Under the pieces are notes generated by a model. That model was not told the origin of the DNA. It saw only the letters and a list, made by a program, of their open reading frames with translations, and did no database searches. Shown one piece after another: positions 30,701 through 39,031 of a DNA stretch of 64,000 bases. A program made the translations under genes and the position numbers. Position 1 is the stretch's first letter, and each line of letters opens with the position of its first letter. Source of the DNA: Candidatus Thalassarchaeaceae archaeon (GTDB lineage: Archaea > Thermoplasmatota > Poseidoniia > Poseidoniales > Thalassarchaeaceae); the NCBI GenBank assembly GCA_029940695.1, contig JAPYUP010000005.1, forward strand, positions 1,120 to 65,119, read 5' to 3'.

Positions 30701-32167
30701 ATTGGACAACGAGCCTGCCGGCATGCCTCTGAACCAACCCTTTGTGTCGGTAACGTTGCCAAAGTTCCCGTCTGACTCAGATGGGGGTAGATTCGATCTG
30801 TTCTCATGGAAGTGGATGTGCAAGTCAGCCCTCTCATCGGCCCAGTACTCGATTGTGGTGAGGCTGCGCTCGCCCTCCATGCCCGTCGAGGTAGGGAGCA
30901 CGCTGTCGGTTCGGATGACGACCTCGGCCGAGTTTGGGATTACGACCGAATCGCGATGTGGATGAAGCCTAGCCTCTATGTAGGCAAGTTCCCAAATTTC
31001 CCTGTTCCCATTCTCGTTAGGTGGTGAAAAGTGCAGGTAGCCGAATCCTGCAGACACACCGCATGATATCTCTATCGAAGGCTTGGAATGGAGTTCGGAA
31101 GAGTTGTAGCGATTCGGGCAGTCGGACTGGCCGGAGTTTTCCAATCTCAGGGCAAATGGTGACGATATTGCCGCGAATGCGATGCCAGACTCAATGATAT
31201 CCTCCGTTCCGGTATTGAGAAGGCCCAAAGTCAGAATGGTAATCAAATCGATACCTGCGGATGAGGTGTCAAAGTAGAAACGCTCGATTCCAACCTCGAA
31301 CTCAAAGTCGTACGGTGCCGTGGTAAATCTCGAGTCAATCACCCAGATGTAGCTCTCACCATCCCCAAGAGCCAGGATTGAATCCGAACCCGAGTATGAC
31401 ATGGCCTTGATGATTGAGACCTGCAGCGAATCAAGGTCATCCCAGTCTGGGTCGTTCCGACTGTCCTCCAGAACCTGCACCGAGAACACAATGCCCGGTT
31501 CGATCCAAAGCGTGTCGCCCACAAGTCCCCAGCCTCCAATAAACTCCCACGAAATCTTCAGGCCGACCTGGATGTCGTCGTCACCGTCATCATCGATGTC
31601 GATTGCGTGGAGTAGCGGCTCCGTTTGCAGGTCGAACAAGGAAAGCAGGGATGCACTGAATGTTACCACCTCAACCTGTTCGGTGACGTTGCCGCTGCTG
31701 TTAGTATACTGTGTCCAAATCACGTAGTCCGTGATATTAAACAGCGTCTGCCATATGTTGTCGACGAAGCCGGGGGGTCTGCTACTGGAATCAATCAGCA
31801 GTTCGTACGGTGCTGGATGTATGGGAGTTGGGGGTGAGGTCTCGAGCATGGCAGCTCCCTCAACCGCTAATCCGACCAAGGATAGGGGGTCCGAGGAGTC
31901 GGACGGCCCCACAGCTTCACGAACAGCATCGATTCTCGGCTGAGCGAGGGTAGAGACCGAGTTTGAGTTCAGGATCTCCTGTCGCTCAGAGAGCATGTCA
32001 GTCAGTTCTTCAAGAATCTCGAAGTCTTGGGATTCTATCCTAACCTCGCCATTGACGCTGGAGAGAGGGGAAAACAGGGTAAGAACTAGCATTGCGGTCA
32101 GTAGTAGGGTGAGGTGGGTGGGACCACGAGGTACCCGAGAGTCGCCTTCAACATCGCTCATATCCAA
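27788..32167 (-). CDS. Giant secreted beta-rich hypothetical protein (1459 aa) with internal repeats
   Basis: Long ORF with GGAGGTG SD, signal-like N-terminus, DIDDDGDDD Ca-type motif and recurring (I/L)xx(L/I)PxxhxL motifs. Confidence 0.75.
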   Translation of the reverse strand: MDMSDVEGDSRVPRGPTHLTLLLTAMLVLTLFSPLSSVNGEVRIESQDFEILEELTDMLSERQEILNSNSVSTLAQPRIDAVREAVGPSDSSDPLSLVGLAVEGAAMLETSPPTPIHPAPYELLIDSSSRPPGFVDNIWQTLFNITDYVIWTQYTNSSGNVTEQVEVVTFSASLLSLFDLQTEPLLHAIDIDDDGDDDIQVGLKISWEFIGGWGLVGDTLWIEPGIVFSVQVLEDSRNDPDWDDLDSLQVSIIKAMSYSGSDSILALGDGESYIWVIDSRFTTAPYDFEFEVGIERFYFDTSSAGIDLITILTLGLLNTGTEDIIESGIAFAAISSPFALRLENSGQSDCPNRYNSSELHSKPSIEISCGVSAGFGYLHFSPPNENGNREIWELAYIEARLHPHRDSVVIPNSAEVVIRTDSVLPTSTGMEGERSLTTIEYWADERADLHIHFHENRSNLPPSESDGNFGNVTDTKGWFRGMPAGSLSNNEISRIFRMLGSADSPELPGGLPEKLGLIIGIKNFTRDTSQNVDDPTLPINPAYPPNSLVVLRSEQSLESVDYTSWFTRGGLEEDHRRIKITASSIPTAIAVFGSFGLGGSEDPDTSLDSTENLDFFSKIMDSVILNIVDLFLDVGNVLNEIPSSMVEVIGGGVGGGDGLDGRSFHLLLTDNWRESRSFYPIQSLSMQIGSSKHPIVPGDHVILAQDRGLNTIQTDHGPVDPLVPVAASIRLSMLQAFSFVDSDNSDEQSISLDTQSNKSLSVTFINHDTGQINGSSYQSIMLSDLPDNISVRITPNGMEYSASTPIASIVYTGMDGKQSQAARISGFPAAFTTTSGNAFSWSSPSEITEIEVQLSNSSSPLSMSGDHFLFHHDPSTDASTLSSRISGLSEVGWIPPQVEGASGSAGMGSAYATFGTSNPFMINVGNAPTSERSPLTVLAEIDPLPSTVSLQIPTGSQSGPSLVIPQLNSSSGLSGIAFFIGGFADLGRSVNSVLAGITTDISTGSVSGEDGFSFGLGMEADTEFDLVVDSSMGEQVVEDPDWVHGMSLNSAPSGIADGFHFRTWIPNLPPTIDLSISRTATTNGQSWAVSLGLDGWKPQHSEFIFVYKDINGQDLFVTLEGLEPGVSTSLLLDSVFNIDTVGGITEVSTSTLYRMSTRLDWFHALLIDREAGSRTEMMVQDIPESVEIQASLGTALSIDMTVPEQYRTDGFGVGSIMLQQMQWMDGSWWPATMFLTEVPGSMNLTTEPDLNFDITQNIAFQGMPILDFSASREGMSLYIEALGRAINSRGDIVLLAEGMSDRLVIKPTTSYGLNVRSGGDGVDRLYMRATNVPTMPPIVLEEMEALGENLKSATIHVREIIGAYSVIEIEEVQGGRIIVSARASATFNNRDFDLRGVLLDAQTTGGVPSGTTLGVNGLASDLSLLNMVPGFSGTTSHIMAPEPLSSGIFTLVATLWGDG

Positions 32168-32252
32168 GTCGCACCTCCTAGAGGTGCGCTATATGGTATT
32201 GCCCTGCCCGTACTCGGGACTATCGGAGTTTGAACCGAATACCGGAACGCGG

Positions 32253-34460
32253 TCATCCAAGGCTCACGAGCTCCTCGGAACCACAGTAAGGACAGTTAGT
32301 GTAGGCAGAGTCTATGCCTTCAGGAAGCTCTAGGTCAAACGGTCGACTGCATGACGAACACTCCCTCCTGACCTTCCTGTCGACAATTGTCTCAGGCTCG
32401 GAATCTTCTGGCTCCTCAGTAAGACCGGTCAGTACATCGTCCTCGGTCGGCGACAAGCCCGCTCGCTCGAGGGGGTATTGAACTGAAATCTGATCTGCCG
32501 TATCCATGTCAATCGGCGATACCATGTCAATCGTCTGTCGGGACGGGGGTTGGAAGGGAGACTCATCGGAACCCCCCCACATTGCAACTTGGGCCCCCTT
32601 CAACGATGATTCTGAACTAGGATCATCAGCCCCCTCGTCTTCAGAGATGTTCGAAACCCTACGCTTGACTGCTAGGTTGAATGCCACGAAACCGCCAAGG
32701 GACAGAAGCAGGAGTACAATGACTGCGATTAGAGCGATCGAAAACGGACCCAGCCCCCCCTGGCCATCCCCCTCACTCTCGACAATTACCAGCATCTCAG
32801 CCACGGACACCAGTCCCGCTTCGTTCTCCACCTGGCAGACGACGTATTGCGGACCTACGGTCGCGAAGATGTAAATGACTTGAGGGCCGCTGAATTGTAC
32901 CTCATTAGCTGTTCCCTGTTCAAAGATCCACGTGTACTCGAGCCTTTCGGACTCCGAGTCCTCGGCCATTAGATGAAACTCTGTTGGAACTCCGACTTTG
33001 ACCTTCAACTCTTCTTGTAATGTGCCGATAGCTGGGGGGGTAACGTCGATGATGGTGATGGTAACATCGTCCTGCGAGCTCCTGCCGGCCCTGTCGTTCA
33101 CACGCAGGGAGATGACATGATTACCGGCAGCATAATCTGTGGAGATGTCGAAACTCAGGGTCGAACTGGGTTCAGTGACGCTGTAGTTCGATTCGATTAC
33201 CACGTCGTCGAGTAGCCAGTCAAGACTATCGACACCCCAATTGTCAGTGAACGTGCCACTTAGGACGATGTTCTCGCCGAATCCCTTGAGGATCTGTCCC
33301 CCTGCTCCAATCGTCACAATTGGGTCGGAGATATCCTGAACCTGAATTTCTCTGGTTGAACTAGCGCTTCTGGAGTCTACTGACATCACGGATAGCCTGA
33401 TTGTATAGTTTCCTGGACTGTCCCATGAATGGGAAGTGGTCGGCCCTGTAGCATCTGCTAAACCATCCCCGTCGATATCCCATGAGAATCCAGATTCAGG
33501 GATCTGGTTGGACTTGTTTGGAGTATCTAGTGCTGAGAGGGTGATGGTTGCACCGACGTCAACCGAATCCAATGAAGGCTCGCTGGAGATCGTTGGGTCA
33601 AGTACGGGGGTGAGGGTGATGGTTACCGTCACACCCGCAGGTGCGGTGCCCGCACCTCCCCCACCTGGTCCTGGACGATTGTCTACAATGACATAGATAT
33701 CCTCGCCATTCGTATTGGTGGCCTCCCACGGAAGGTACCTCTCGTTGGTCACGAGGAGCATATCAGCGGAAACTATCCTCGAGGCAGCGGACCAGTTGAC
33801 GCTGGGGGAGTAGAGAGAGTAGGCAGATTCGGTCATCACGAAGATATCGGGATAGCCCTCCATCGTCCTCGCGTGAATCTCAACGAACGTTCCGTCGTCC
33901 ACGGAGAACGGGCCGTACGCTATCGCGTAGCCACCCACCCCTACCCGATGGATTGAATCCGAGAGAGTGTACTGCTGGGGGAAGACCGTCCCGCCATCGA
34001 GGGAGACTTCCGCGGATTGGCCGCCTTGTGCTCCTTCTCCTCCGTCTTGGGGATGTTCGCGGTTGTCCAGAACCAGATACCATCTCGTCTCCTCTCTATC
34101 GCTGGGAACCGTCCAATGCCATTCGCCCGAGCCGCTGAATAACTCGAATACCGATTCGCTCTGCCAAATGGAAGTCGAGCGGTATGACTGCTCGTTCTGG
34201 TATACTGAAACGCTGTTCGCTGAGAACATCAGGATGTCAATCTCCCGATTAGTCGACACTTCAAAGAACAGGGTTGTGCCGGGCTTCTGGATTCCAAGAT
34301 CGACCCTGACGCAAGTCTGGTCTGCCATGCTCCAATTGTCAGGAAGCGAGGCAAGTTCGGAGTTGGCGCACGAGATGACTCCCTTCGGACTGGCGTTAAC
34401 TGTCGAAGCCAATGAGCTCAGGACAAGGATGCCCACAACGACGACGTATGCCCAACGCAT
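32253..34460 (-). CDS. Secreted PKD-domain membrane protein with cytoplasmic Zn-ribbon
   Basis: Signal peptide; SWDIDGDG..HSWDSPGNYTIRLSV PKD motif; TM; C-terminal CSSC...CPYCG. Confidence 0.8.
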   Translation of the reverse strand: MRWAYVVVVGILVLSSLASTVNASPKGVISCANSELASLPDNWSMADQTCVRVDLGIQKPGTTLFFEVSTNREIDILMFSANSVSVYQNEQSYRSTSIWQSESVFELFSGSGEWHWTVPSDREETRWYLVLDNREHPQDGGEGAQGGQSAEVSLDGGTVFPQQYTLSDSIHRVGVGGYAIAYGPFSVDDGTFVEIHARTMEGYPDIFVMTESAYSLYSPSVNWSAASRIVSADMLLVTNERYLPWEATNTNGEDIYVIVDNRPGPGGGGAGTAPAGVTVTITLTPVLDPTISSEPSLDSVDVGATITLSALDTPNKSNQIPESGFSWDIDGDGLADATGPTTSHSWDSPGNYTIRLSVMSVDSRSASSTREIQVQDISDPIVTIGAGGQILKGFGENIVLSGTFTDNWGVDSLDWLLDDVVIESNYSVTEPSSTLSFDISTDYAAGNHVISLRVNDRAGRSSQDDVTITIIDVTPPAIGTLQEELKVKVGVPTEFHLMAEDSESERLEYTWIFEQGTANEVQFSGPQVIYIFATVGPQYVVCQVENEAGLVSVAEMLVIVESEGDGQGGLGPFSIALIAVIVLLLLSLGGFVAFNLAVKRRVSNISEDEGADDPSSESSLKGAQVAMWGGSDESPFQPPSRQTIDMVSPIDMDTADQISVQYPLERAGLSPTEDDVLTGLTEEPEDSEPETIVDRKVRRECSSCSRPFDLELPEGIDSAYTNCPYCGSEELVSLG

Positions 34461-34535
34461 CGAGCGACCGTTCGCCCTTGCCTTATGAACGGTATCGCAG
34501 TCGCGTTCGGCTCCTGATTGTGCCGGACAAGCGAA

Positions 34536-34790
34536 TCAGAGGTTTCGAGGGATTGGGGTTGGTGGGAACCAACGCAGGACGACCACGTCGCCGATAGAGC
34601 GCACCCAGTTCCATGGAATTGCCACATGAGTCCGCCCTTCCACGAGACCTTCTGGGGGGTCCGAGACGAAGATGTGCGTGCACGACCACTCGTTGACGTC
34701 AATCACGGTGTCGTGCACCGTACCAAGCAACCTGCCATCGGGGATTATCACGGGTAGTCCCCTTATGTCGGAGGCGTGACGGTCTGCCAT
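34536..34790 (-). CDS. PRC-barrel domain protein
   Basis: ASDIRGLPVIIPDGRLLGTVHDTVID...IPWNWVRSIGDVVVL; start trimmed to MADR. Confidence 0.85.
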   Translation of the reverse strand: MADRHASDIRGLPVIIPDGRLLGTVHDTVIDVNEWSCTHIFVSDPPEGLVEGRTHVAIPWNWVRSIGDVVVLRWFPPTPIPRNL

Positions 34791-34839
34791 CGGTGGCTGC
34801 CGCTCAGCATCGCGCATCAATATGACGGCCGTAGCGGGC

Positions 34840-35427
34840 TCACTTGCCCCTGTTCTTGTTCGCCTTGAGGCTCGGTCGGAGCTTCTCCGCACCCTTGCCC
34901 TTGTTATGCAGTCCTCGCCCTCTCTTTCCGGCACTCGTCTTGCCTCTGTGGGCCCGACCGCGGTGGCTGGAGCCTTTTGCTACCCAGCCCAAGTCCTTGT
35001 CGGACTTGATTGCTGGGTGAGAAGGATCAACGAGAATAACCTCGTAGAACTTGTTCTTTCCGTCCTCTCCAACCCAGTAAGAGTTGAGGACTTCGAGGTT
35101 TGGGTAGCGCGTGCTGGTTCGCTCCTCGGCTATTCTCTGAATTGACTTGGCCATCGTGATTTTCTTGACACCCGCCTTGGATGGCTTCCTCTTCATGTGG
35201 ACCTTTCCCTTGCGCAGACCTCCGCGACGCACTCTGGTGCGAACTAGGACGATGCCTTGCTTGGCCTTGTAGCCGACTCTGCGGGCGGCATCCAACCGTG
35301 TCGGTCGCTCGATGCGCTGGAACACGGGTTCCTTGCGCCATCCCGCCATCCTAGCAGTGCGGTATCGAGGAGGAAGGTTCGCCTTCGGTTGTTTCCAGAC
35401 ATTGCGAATGTGTTGATGCAGACCCAT
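34840..35427 (-). CDS. rpl15e: 50S ribosomal protein L15e
   Basis: RPTRLDAARRVGYKAKQG and LEVLNSYWVGEDG..KFYEVILVDP.HPAI. Confidence 0.97.
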   Translation of the reverse strand: MGLHQHIRNVWKQPKANLPPRYRTARMAGWRKEPVFQRIERPTRLDAARRVGYKAKQGIVLVRTRVRRGGLRKGKVHMKRKPSKAGVKKITMAKSIQRIAEERTSTRYPNLEVLNSYWVGEDGKNKFYEVILVDPSHPAIKSDKDLGWVAKGSSHRGRAHRGKTSAGKRGRGLHNKGKGAEKLRPSLKANKNRGK

Positions 35428-35466
35428 AGGCTCACCTCTAGCGGCTCGCCGACCTTAATCGCCTTT

Positions 35467-35904
35467 ATGAGCCTGCTTGCATATGCGGATGCGGTGATTG
35501 AACAGCACGTCGATATCGACCTCGTTGAGCACGACTCGCTGCGAGGTCACGAAGAAATTATTCCGGCTAACCTGGACGAGAGAATAAAGAAAATTCTGAA
35601 CATGGGATTCTACAAGCCCATCATCGTCGATACGACGACCATGGTGATTCTCGACGGTCACCACAAATGGGCCGCTGCAAGGGTGCTGGAACTAGACAAG
35701 GTGCCCGTGGTGAGTGTCGACTATCTGGGAAACACCTCTATTATTGTGGATGTCTGGCCTGACTGCGGAAAGGATTCCATCACCAAGCAAGAGGTAATCG
35801 AAATGGGTCTGTCCGAGGGTGTCTTCCCACCTAAGACTAGTCGGCACAGCTTCGCCTTTGAAATTCCGGTAATCCAAATCCCCCTCGCTACGCTGAAGTC
35901 ATAG
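35467..35904 (+). CDS. ParB/Srx-fold small protein (SerK/SbnI-like family)
   Basis: LRGHEE, PIIVD..ILDGHHK, FPPKTSRH; start trimmed to ATG 35467. Confidence 0.75.
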   Translation: MSLLAYADAVIEQHVDIDLVEHDSLRGHEEIIPANLDERIKKILNMGFYKPIIVDTTTMVILDGHHKWAAARVLELDKVPVVSVDYLGNTSIIVDVWPDCGKDSITKQEVIEMGLSEGVFPPKTSRHSFAFEIPVIQIPLATLKS

Positions 35905-36008
35905 TGGTCCGCGCTCCCGGACTTGAACCGGGGACCCCCTGATGGCTGCCTACAACCAAGTGTTTCCAGTCTACAGTCAGGTGCTCTAGCCAACTGAGCT
36001 AAGCGCGG
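35905..36008 (-). tRNA. tRNA-Tyr(GUA) with a 27-nt intron at canonical position 37/38 (35944-35970) and encoded CCA
   Basis: Cloverleaf CCGCGCT/AGCGCGG (C1:G72, A73), anticodon stem CCTGA/TCAGG, TTCAAGT T-loop; bulge-helix-bulge formed by CUGU/GCAG. Confidence 0.95.
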
Positions 36009-36164
36009 TCCAACCAGTGGAGCGACTTCCTCCTTATCTCGCTTTCCGGAGACCCTTGCATAATCGACTCGGTGACTCCCCCCCATCCCTCAAGGTTAAG
36101 AAGTCCAAGAAAGGCACTTCGTGACCGTAGGCAGCGATGCCGGGGATGCACTGGGGTAAGACGG

Positions 36165-37280
36165 ATGGTAGAGACGCCGGCGTCAGCGATAGACCAGATT
36201 CCAGACGGCAGGATTCCGACCGCTCTCGTCGACCAGGAGCTCGAGTCTTTCGGGACCCCCGACCCACGTATTCTGGTCTGCGGTTGCGGCGGCTCTGGCA
36301 ACAACACGATGAATCGGATCACGCACATCGGAGTGGAGGGTGCCGTCACCGTCGCCATCAACACCGACAAGCAGCACCTCGACCACACCAGAGCGATGCA
36401 GAAGCTGCTGGTGGGCAGGCACATCACGAGGGGGCTCGGAGCCGGCGGTGACCCCGTCACCGGACGGCGCTGCGCCGAGGCCGGTCGAGACGTCATCTCC
36501 AAGATAGTCGGCGGTGCCGACCTCGTCTTCGTCACCGCCGGTCTGGGCGGTGGAACCGGAACCGGCATCGCGCCGATAGTCGCAGAGGAGGCCAAGCGCT
36601 CCGGAGCCCTGGTCGTAGCAGTCGTCACAACCCCATTCACGGTCGAGCGACGACAGCGTATGCAGCGGGCGCTCGAGGGTCTCGATCTGCTCAGGAAGGC
36701 CGCGGACGCAGTGCTCGTACTCGATAACAACAGGCTGCTGCACTTCGTCCCGAACCTGCCTCTGGAGGAGGCCTTCAGCATCATGGACCAGCTCATCGCG
36801 GAGATAGTCAAGGGAGTGGTCGAGACCATCACCCTGCCGAGCCTGATCAACCTCGACTTCGCCGACGTACGCTCGATCATGAAGGGTGGTGGTGTGACCA
36901 TGATGCTCTATGGAGAGAGCGATCAGGGGCCCGAGGAGGTCGTGCACGAGTCATTGAATCACCCGTTGCTCGATATCGAGATTGATGGCGCCACAGGGGC
37001 ACTGATTCACGTCACTGGCGGCCCCTACATGACCCTAGAGCAGGCCAATCAGGTCTGCGACCTGATGACGGCTAGGTTGTCCCCGAACGCCAATGTCATC
37101 TTCGGTGCCAGGCAGGACCCTGCCTTCGGAGACACAATCAAGGTCATGTCAATCATCACTGGAGTGGCCCACGAGCGGCTCGATAGAGAGATGATGAACG
37201 CCGACATGCTCGGTGATGCGCTCAACATCGCTAGAAGGACGCGAGAGCGGCCCGGCAGCGGTTTCCAGAGGTTCGATTAG
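36165..37280 (+). CDS. ftsZ: Cell division GTPase FtsZ (FtsZ2-like)
   Basis: GCGGSGNN, AINTD, GLGGGTGTG, ETITLPSLINLDFADV; start trimmed to MVET. Confidence 0.95.
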   Translation: MVETPASAIDQIPDGRIPTALVDQELESFGTPDPRILVCGCGGSGNNTMNRITHIGVEGAVTVAINTDKQHLDHTRAMQKLLVGRHITRGLGAGGDPVTGRRCAEAGRDVISKIVGGADLVFVTAGLGGGTGTGIAPIVAEEAKRSGALVVAVVTTPFTVERRQRMQRALEGLDLLRKAADAVLVLDNNRLLHFVPNLPLEEAFSIMDQLIAEIVKGVVETITLPSLINLDFADVRSIMKGGGVTMMLYGESDQGPEEVVHESLNHPLLDIEIDGATGALIHVTGGPYMTLEQANQVCDLMTARLSPNANVIFGARQDPAFGDTIKVMSIITGVAHERLDREMMNADMLGDALNIARRTRERPGSGFQRFD

Positions 37281-37291
37281 GAGCACGAGGG

Positions 37292-37308
37292 GGGATAAGC
37301 CTCAAACG
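37292..37308 (+). promoter_or_regulatory. Putative promoter motif GGGATAAGCCTCAAACG upstream of surface paralog 1
   Basis: Near-identical motif recurs upstream of paralog 2; ends ~23 nt before the ATG. Confidence 0.5.
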
Positions 37309-37330
37309 GGTGTCTCTAGGGATGATTGCC

Positions 37331-38140
37331 ATGGAAAGAGGAATAATTGCCTTCAGTGTCGCGATTCTTTTTCTCTCTTCCACCTCCATCGTGCCCGCCT
37401 CTGCCCAGGCTGCTGAGGACCCCAAGCAGCCTTCCGTGGACAACCCCCACATGCACTTGTGGGGCACAGACGACCTGTCATCATGCTGGACCCACTTCGA
37501 CAGTAACGATTCTTCAGGCTCGGCAGAGAGCGGCTACGGGGAGCAGATATTCGGTGATGGCCAGCAAGTCTCCGTCGACTACACATGCTCGATGCAGGAC
37601 ACTTTCCTTCAGGACATGTACCTGAATTCCAATGGCACTATTGAGGTCGACTTAGTCGTCAACATTTGGTCGGGAGATTGCGACCAAGGCTCGGAGTGCA
37701 AGAACCTGACCCTGACGCTATACCAAGGAAACATCCAGGTAGCTCAGAAGGAGTTCCAAGCGGTTGACAACAACGGCAACGATGAGATGATTTCCTGGGA
37801 CATTCCGGTTGACCAGAATACCACGAGGTGGAACAAGAGCAGCGAGGAACCTCGGTTACAAGTCGAGTTCTCGTGGCCAGGTTACAATGGCATTGATTGC
37901 ATCCTCCCATTCGTTGACTGCTCTGGTTCGTTCAGGATGTACTACGAGAACAACGAGGACGGGAACGATGCGACTGTCAATTTCCCAGTGGTGAATATGA
38001 CCGAGGCTGGTCCGAACGGAGAGGGTCCTGTGGATGGTGAAGATGACGAAGGATTCCTGCCTGGATTCGGCCTTCTTGCCGGCCTTGGCACGCTTGCCCT
38101 AGCGTCAGTGACTAGTCGATCAAGGACCGAAGAACATTAG
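37331..38140 (+). CDS. Secreted cell-surface glycoprotein with PGF-CTERM-like anchor (paralog 1)
   Basis: Signal peptide, several Cys, many N-x-S/T sequons, C-terminal LPGFG + hydrophobic helix + basic tail. Confidence 0.75.
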   Translation: MERGIIAFSVAILFLSSTSIVPASAQAAEDPKQPSVDNPHMHLWGTDDLSSCWTHFDSNDSSGSAESGYGEQIFGDGQQVSVDYTCSMQDTFLQDMYLNSNGTIEVDLVVNIWSGDCDQGSECKNLTLTLYQGNIQVAQKEFQAVDNNGNDEMISWDIPVDQNTTRWNKSSEEPRLQVEFSWPGYNGIDCILPFVDCSGSFRMYYENNEDGNDATVNFPVVNMTEAGPNGEGPVDGEDDEGFLPGFGLLAGLGTLALASVTSRSRTEEH

Positions 38141-38173
38141 TCAGCCCCCCTACGGATTCGACTCACACGAGAT

Positions 38174-38189
38174 GGGATAACCTCAAACG
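38174..38189 (+). promoter_or_regulatory. Putative promoter motif GGGATAACCTCAAACG upstream of surface paralog 2
   Basis: Copy of the 37292 motif; ends ~24 nt before ATG 38213. Confidence 0.5.
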
Positions 38190-38212
38190 AAGCGTTTCTC
38201 GTGCGGTTTCCG

Positions 38213-39031
38213 ATGACTAGCAGAGTCGTAGCGGTGCTTCTCATCATGCTGCTGGGATCTTCGACGGCAGTTGCTCCGGCATCGGCCCAGACCGTGGACC
38301 CCGAGCAACCCTCTCCGAGCAATACAGTGTTGTACTTCTGGGGGAATGACGACATTTCCGACTGCTGGGGGAATTTCGATGCCGAAGGCTCAGCAGGTTC
38401 TGCAGATAACGGGTATGGGGATGAGGTTGACGGAAGTGACAACCAGCGTCTGGAGGTCGACATCACCTGCCAGCTGAAGTACAACTTCGATGAGGACGTG
38501 TTCCTGAACCCGACTGGTAAGATATCGATCGAATTCGGCATCAGACTGGATCACGCGGAAGCTGAGTCGGACGAGGACGAGGACCTGAACATCACCCTGA
38601 TGAAGGGCAATCTGGAAGTTGCCAGCAAGTCATTCCCCGACCTCGCGATAGATGAGGACATACAGATCACCTGGGATCTCGATGTCGAAGAGAACACGAC
38701 TAGGTGGAACCTAAGCGGCGATGAGCCACGAATCAGGTTCACTATTTCCAAGGTGGGTTGGGATTCTTCGGGAACTCCCTGCGAGGGTGTTTTGCAGGTG
38801 CTGAAATGCGGAGGTTCGTTCCGGCTGTACTACGCGAACAATCAAGATGGGATGCGTTCCCAGATTCAGTTCCCAATCGTGGATGCTCCCGAAATCGTCG
38901 AAGATGAGGAGCCTGAGGAAGACGGGATGATTCCCGGGGTGGGGTCGCTACCGGGATTCGGACTATTTTCTGGGTTGGGTGCTCTGGCACTGGCATCTGC
39001 GGCCAGGCGCACTAGGTTATCTGGCCATTAA
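38213..39031 (+). CDS. Secreted cell-surface glycoprotein with PGF-CTERM-like anchor (paralog 2)
   Basis: Colinear with paralog 1 (DPxQPS, WG.DD.S.CW..FD, GSA..GYG, NTTRWN, CxGSFR.YY); LPGFG anchor. Confidence 0.75.
   Translation: MTSRVVAVLLIMLLGSSTAVAPASAQTVDPEQPSPSNTVLYFWGNDDISDCWGNFDAEGSAGSADNGYGDEVDGSDNQRLEVDITCQLKYNFDEDVFLNPTGKISIEFGIRLDHAEAESDEDEDLNITLMKGNLEVASKSFPDLAIDEDIQITWDLDVEENTTRWNLSGDEPRIRFTISKVGWDSSGTPCEGVLQVLKCGGSFRLYYANNQDGMRSQIQFPIVDAPEIVEDEEPEEDGMIPGVGSLPGFGLFSGLGALALASAARRTRLSGH

Noticed and set aside
35257..36164. Extended starts for the ParB-like gene (35257) and FtsZ (36072)
   Set aside because: The extensions overlap rpl15e or the tRNA promoter region and look non-coding.
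35905..39031. tRNA-Tyr (and tRNA-Thr at 53172) as integration sites for an island
   Set aside because: No integrase, no duplicated tRNA 3' end and housekeeping genes on the flanks.
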